Shown here: positions 32,462 through 35,392 of the stretch, one piece after another | How the letters are laid out: every line of letters begins with the position of its first letter | Position numbering within the stretch: the stretch's first letter is position 1 | Assembly: GCA_027604505.1 (NCBI GenBank) | Contig: JADIIX010000186.1 | Coordinates: forward strand, 1 to 35,392 | From: Gonapodya sp. JEL0774 | Lineage: Eukaryota | Direction of reading: 5' to 3' | Length of the DNA stretch: 35,392 nt | Notes under the pieces: model-generated | Told to the model about the DNA's origin: nothing | What the model saw: only the letters and a program-made list of their open reading frames with translations | Databases searched by the model: none | Made by a program: the position numbers and the translations under genes

Positions 32462-34275
32462 ATGCTAAACGTTGCTCCACTCCCTCTGCGACACCGTGAC
32501 ACGGTAGCCGAAAGACAGCTCATCGAAGCCATCGAGGCTAGATCCCTGGATGAAGTCAGGACGGCCCTGGCCAATGGCGCGAATCCGTTTCGGGCACAAA
32601 AGCAACTGACGCTGCGAGTCACGATCGATGGCGATACCTACGAAGAGGTGGAGCATTCCGACAGTCCAATCTTTTTGGCCGTGCGAGATGGAAACGTGGA
32701 CATCCTACAGTGTCTCCTCGACAACGGTCGGTGAACTGTTCTTGCAGTTCGTACGATGCATGCTTCCAACTATCTCCTTACAGGAGACCCCAAAACGGTG
32801 GAAAAGGCAATCAATGCTCCTCTGGAATGGAAACTTCCCGATTGGCACTTCACTTGGAAACAGGCGCACTGGGATTGGGAGCGCTGGCTTCAACGGAGCA
32901 CATGGACGTTCCCCTCCCTCCTCTCCTTTGCACTCGAGAGCCGGTCTCTGCCTTTCAATAAACCCGGCGCGACTTTATTGTTTGAAAACCCCGGCGGATG
33001 GGACGACGTGCGAGACATGCACGCGGTCGTACCATCCCTGAACGTCGTGCGCGTGCTCATCAAGCACGGCTCTTACATCACAGGAGAAGTGCTCGAAAAA
33101 GCGCGTGACTTGAGGGATGGAGAGAAGATCACTGGCGTTCCCGGTCCGTCACGTCCAGAGTTTTTGGAACTCTTGACCGCGCACCTCAACTCTTCGCCCA
33201 TATTGGCCGCGCAGTGGACGATGTTCAGCGAAATGCGGAGCGAGTGGATCATCAAAGCGTCCGAGGTCGTGATTGGCGATAAGCTTGGGGGTGGTGGGTA
33301 CGGTGACGTGTATCGTGGCATGTGGCAAGGGTACGTGCCTGTTGCCGTCAAGGTGATCAGGGCGGCCGAGACGGATGTTCATCACGTAAGTACCGCTTTG
33401 GTCTGCACACTACCGCGCAGCAGAATTTTATACACCTTGTTTCCTTAGGCCGAGTTCCGCCGCGAGGTTGATACGTGGTTCAAGCTCCGCCACCCCAACG
33501 TTCTTCCTCTTCTGGGAGTTTGCTTAGAGCACTCCCCGCCGTTCATGATGTCGCAACTTATGCGCAACGGCAACGTCTCTGAGTTTTTACAAAGAAACCC
33601 AACAACCAACCTAATTCAGTTGGTGCAGTATCGCCAGTGCCTTGTTCGTTGCTCACCCCATTATGGTGGTTTACCAGTCACTATATACAGCTGTACGACA
33701 TGTCCCTCGGCCTCCTCCACCTGCACAACACCAACCTGGTTCACTCCGACGTCAAACCGGAAAACTTCCTCGTGGGGGCAGGAGGCGAGGCTCTGATCAC
33801 CGATTTCGGCTTCTGCAAGACGCCTGCGGAAGGATCTGCAGGCATGCTCGCCAAGAAGGGGAGGCCTGGAACGCCAAAGTACATGTCGCCTGAACGGCTG
33901 TTGGGAGGTGACGCGAGCAAGGAGGATGACGTTTACGCGTTCGGGCTTTCGGTATGGAAGGTGCGTGGTGGCGCTCAAATGACGTTTCGGTGCGATTATC
34001 ATCTTCTTGCTTCCCACTCGGTACACCGGTCTCACTCCTCGGGGATTCTTGCACCTGTACAGACGTGGACTTTGATGGCACCATACTCAACGACCTCCCT
34101 CTCCGACCAAGACCTCTTTACGGCCATCGCCTTTAACAATTACCGGCCCGACCTCGATGCCATCCTCCACGCACCAAGACAGCTTCAAGAGCTCGTGCAG
34201 AAATGCTGGGCGACGGACGCGGCAATGCGTCCAACTATGAGCGAAGTTGTGAATACGCTGTTGGGGCTTAAATGA
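32462..34275 (+). CDS. Interrupted-ankyrin-like domain fused to TKL-type protein kinase (~507 aa); exons 32462-32726, 32784-33385, 33449-33622, 33691-33960, 34063-34275
   Basis: Kinase motifs LGGGGYGDVYRGMW, VAVK, EFRREVDTWFKLRHPNVL, HSDVKPEN, DFG, GTPKYMSPE, DVYAFG, CWATDAAMRPTM. Four phase-compatible GT-AG introns (57, 63, 68, 102 nt); total 1524 nt. N-terminus aligns with the 4665 and 23372 genes. Confidence 0.9.
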
Positions 34276-35212
34276 ATGAGTGTGGCTGTTTTGAGTTGTG
34301 TGATAGAAACGCCCGGTACAGTGTAAATGTAAATGAAAGGAACTATTCTAAGTACATAGTAGCAAATGTAAGGAGAAATCTTTGTATGCTCATGGAATCC
34401 GAAGTAATACTTGAAAGGATTGGAGATGCAAGGGGGGTGTCAAGATTATTCTGACGCCACTTCTGGATTAGCTGACAATCCAACTCAACCTGCTCTCCAA
34501 CATGAACGTGCTGGTCATCCCGTTGAAAGAAGGCGTGCTCACCTCACTGCGAGATATTCAGGTCGGAGCAAGATGAGCCGTGAGCGGCGTCGCTTTATTC
34601 CCGCACCCACCTTGTCGTGTCTCCACTCCATTGCCTCCTCATCCTTTCGAGTTCATCACCCAAAACCTTTGGTCTACTGCTGGTGTTGGGTATGTCAGGG
34701 CGTAGCGTGACAAGGTGTTCGTGATCATAGGACACAGATCGGACTCTGCGACGTCAATGGAGTGAAAGATCGTATTTTTTTTGGTTTGATTAGGCGTTAC
34801 AGATGAATTTTAGAAGTACTACAGTCTGCGACAGCGATCGGTCACCTAACCCCCCCCCCTTAACTCCCAACTCTATCACAGACTTATATTGCATCCGTAC
34901 AACCACAAAAGCACTCGGGAAATCATTCTCATATCATATTTAATATGCCTACCGTTGGGAATCTTGATTCAAACCTGAAAACCGTGTGTGGCGGCTGTCC
35001 CCAATGAGTTTTATGCACAAATAACGTGTCACTCGCCAAAAAGGGCGGTAAATATATCTTAACCGCATATGGTTCCGAATTACCGCTTTAGTGGGCCTTC
35101 TGGGGCTCTCGAGGGTCAATTTTGACGTGTTTGTGCATGTTGTGGGCAGGGTAGGGTGCGTGCACCAGCAATCTGCTCACACACCACAAGTCCCACCAAC
35201 GGTGTCAACTCC

Positions 35213-35392
35213 ATGGCACCCAGAACAAAACGCCAGCTCGCCAACGCAGTTCTTCAGCGCTCTGAAAACGGGCGATTTGGCGTCCCATTACCGGATGAGG
35301 ACAGCTCAGACTCACAGTTCGAACTCTCTGAGTCTGAGCTCATCCGGTTTAGCGATGCAGACGTTGAGGACAGTGAAGACGAAGACTTAGAC
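35213..35392 (+). CDS. Possible 5' end of a gene running off the window
   Basis: ATG 35213 is open to the window end: MAPRTKRQLANAVLQRSENGRFGVPLPDEDSSDSQFELSESELIRFSDADVEDSEDEDLD (basic N-terminus, then acidic tract). Confidence 0.45.
   Translation, partial: MAPRTKRQLANAVLQRSENGRFGVPLPDEDSSDSQFELSESELIRFSDADVEDSEDEDLD

Noticed and set aside
33961..34062. 34-aa insertion in the kinase C-lobe
   Set aside because: It is an in-frame, stop-free 102-nt GTGCGT...CAG intron; removing it restores normal subdomain IX-X spacing.

Overview
Eukaryotic DNA, most likely fungal. Short GT-AG introns (57-121 nt), a fungal-type 2OG oxygenase and GST, and a TKL-like kinase suggest an early-diverging lineage (inference only). 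The window looks like a fast-turnover accessory region. Apparently intact genes: an F-box-like/ankyrin protein, two paralogous intronless F-box proteins with degenerate LRR-like bodies, a 5-exon ~719-aa unknown protein, a 3-exon 2OG-Fe(II) dioxygenase, and two members of a family with an unusual ~200-aa insert-interrupted ankyrin-like N-terminal domain. One of those two is fused to a coiled coil plus degenerate SH3, the other to a non-RD TKL-type kinase. Broken copies lie between them: an F-box/ankyrin pseudogene, two coiled-coil/SH3 pseudogenes (one retains the ankyrin-like domain), a USP deubiquitinase relic that no single ORF shows, a LigE-like GST relic, possible further F-box remnants and a triplicated short repeat. 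I saw no rRNA, tRNA, CRISPR array or clear transposon. All calls come from manual motif reading and splice-phase checks, with no database searches.
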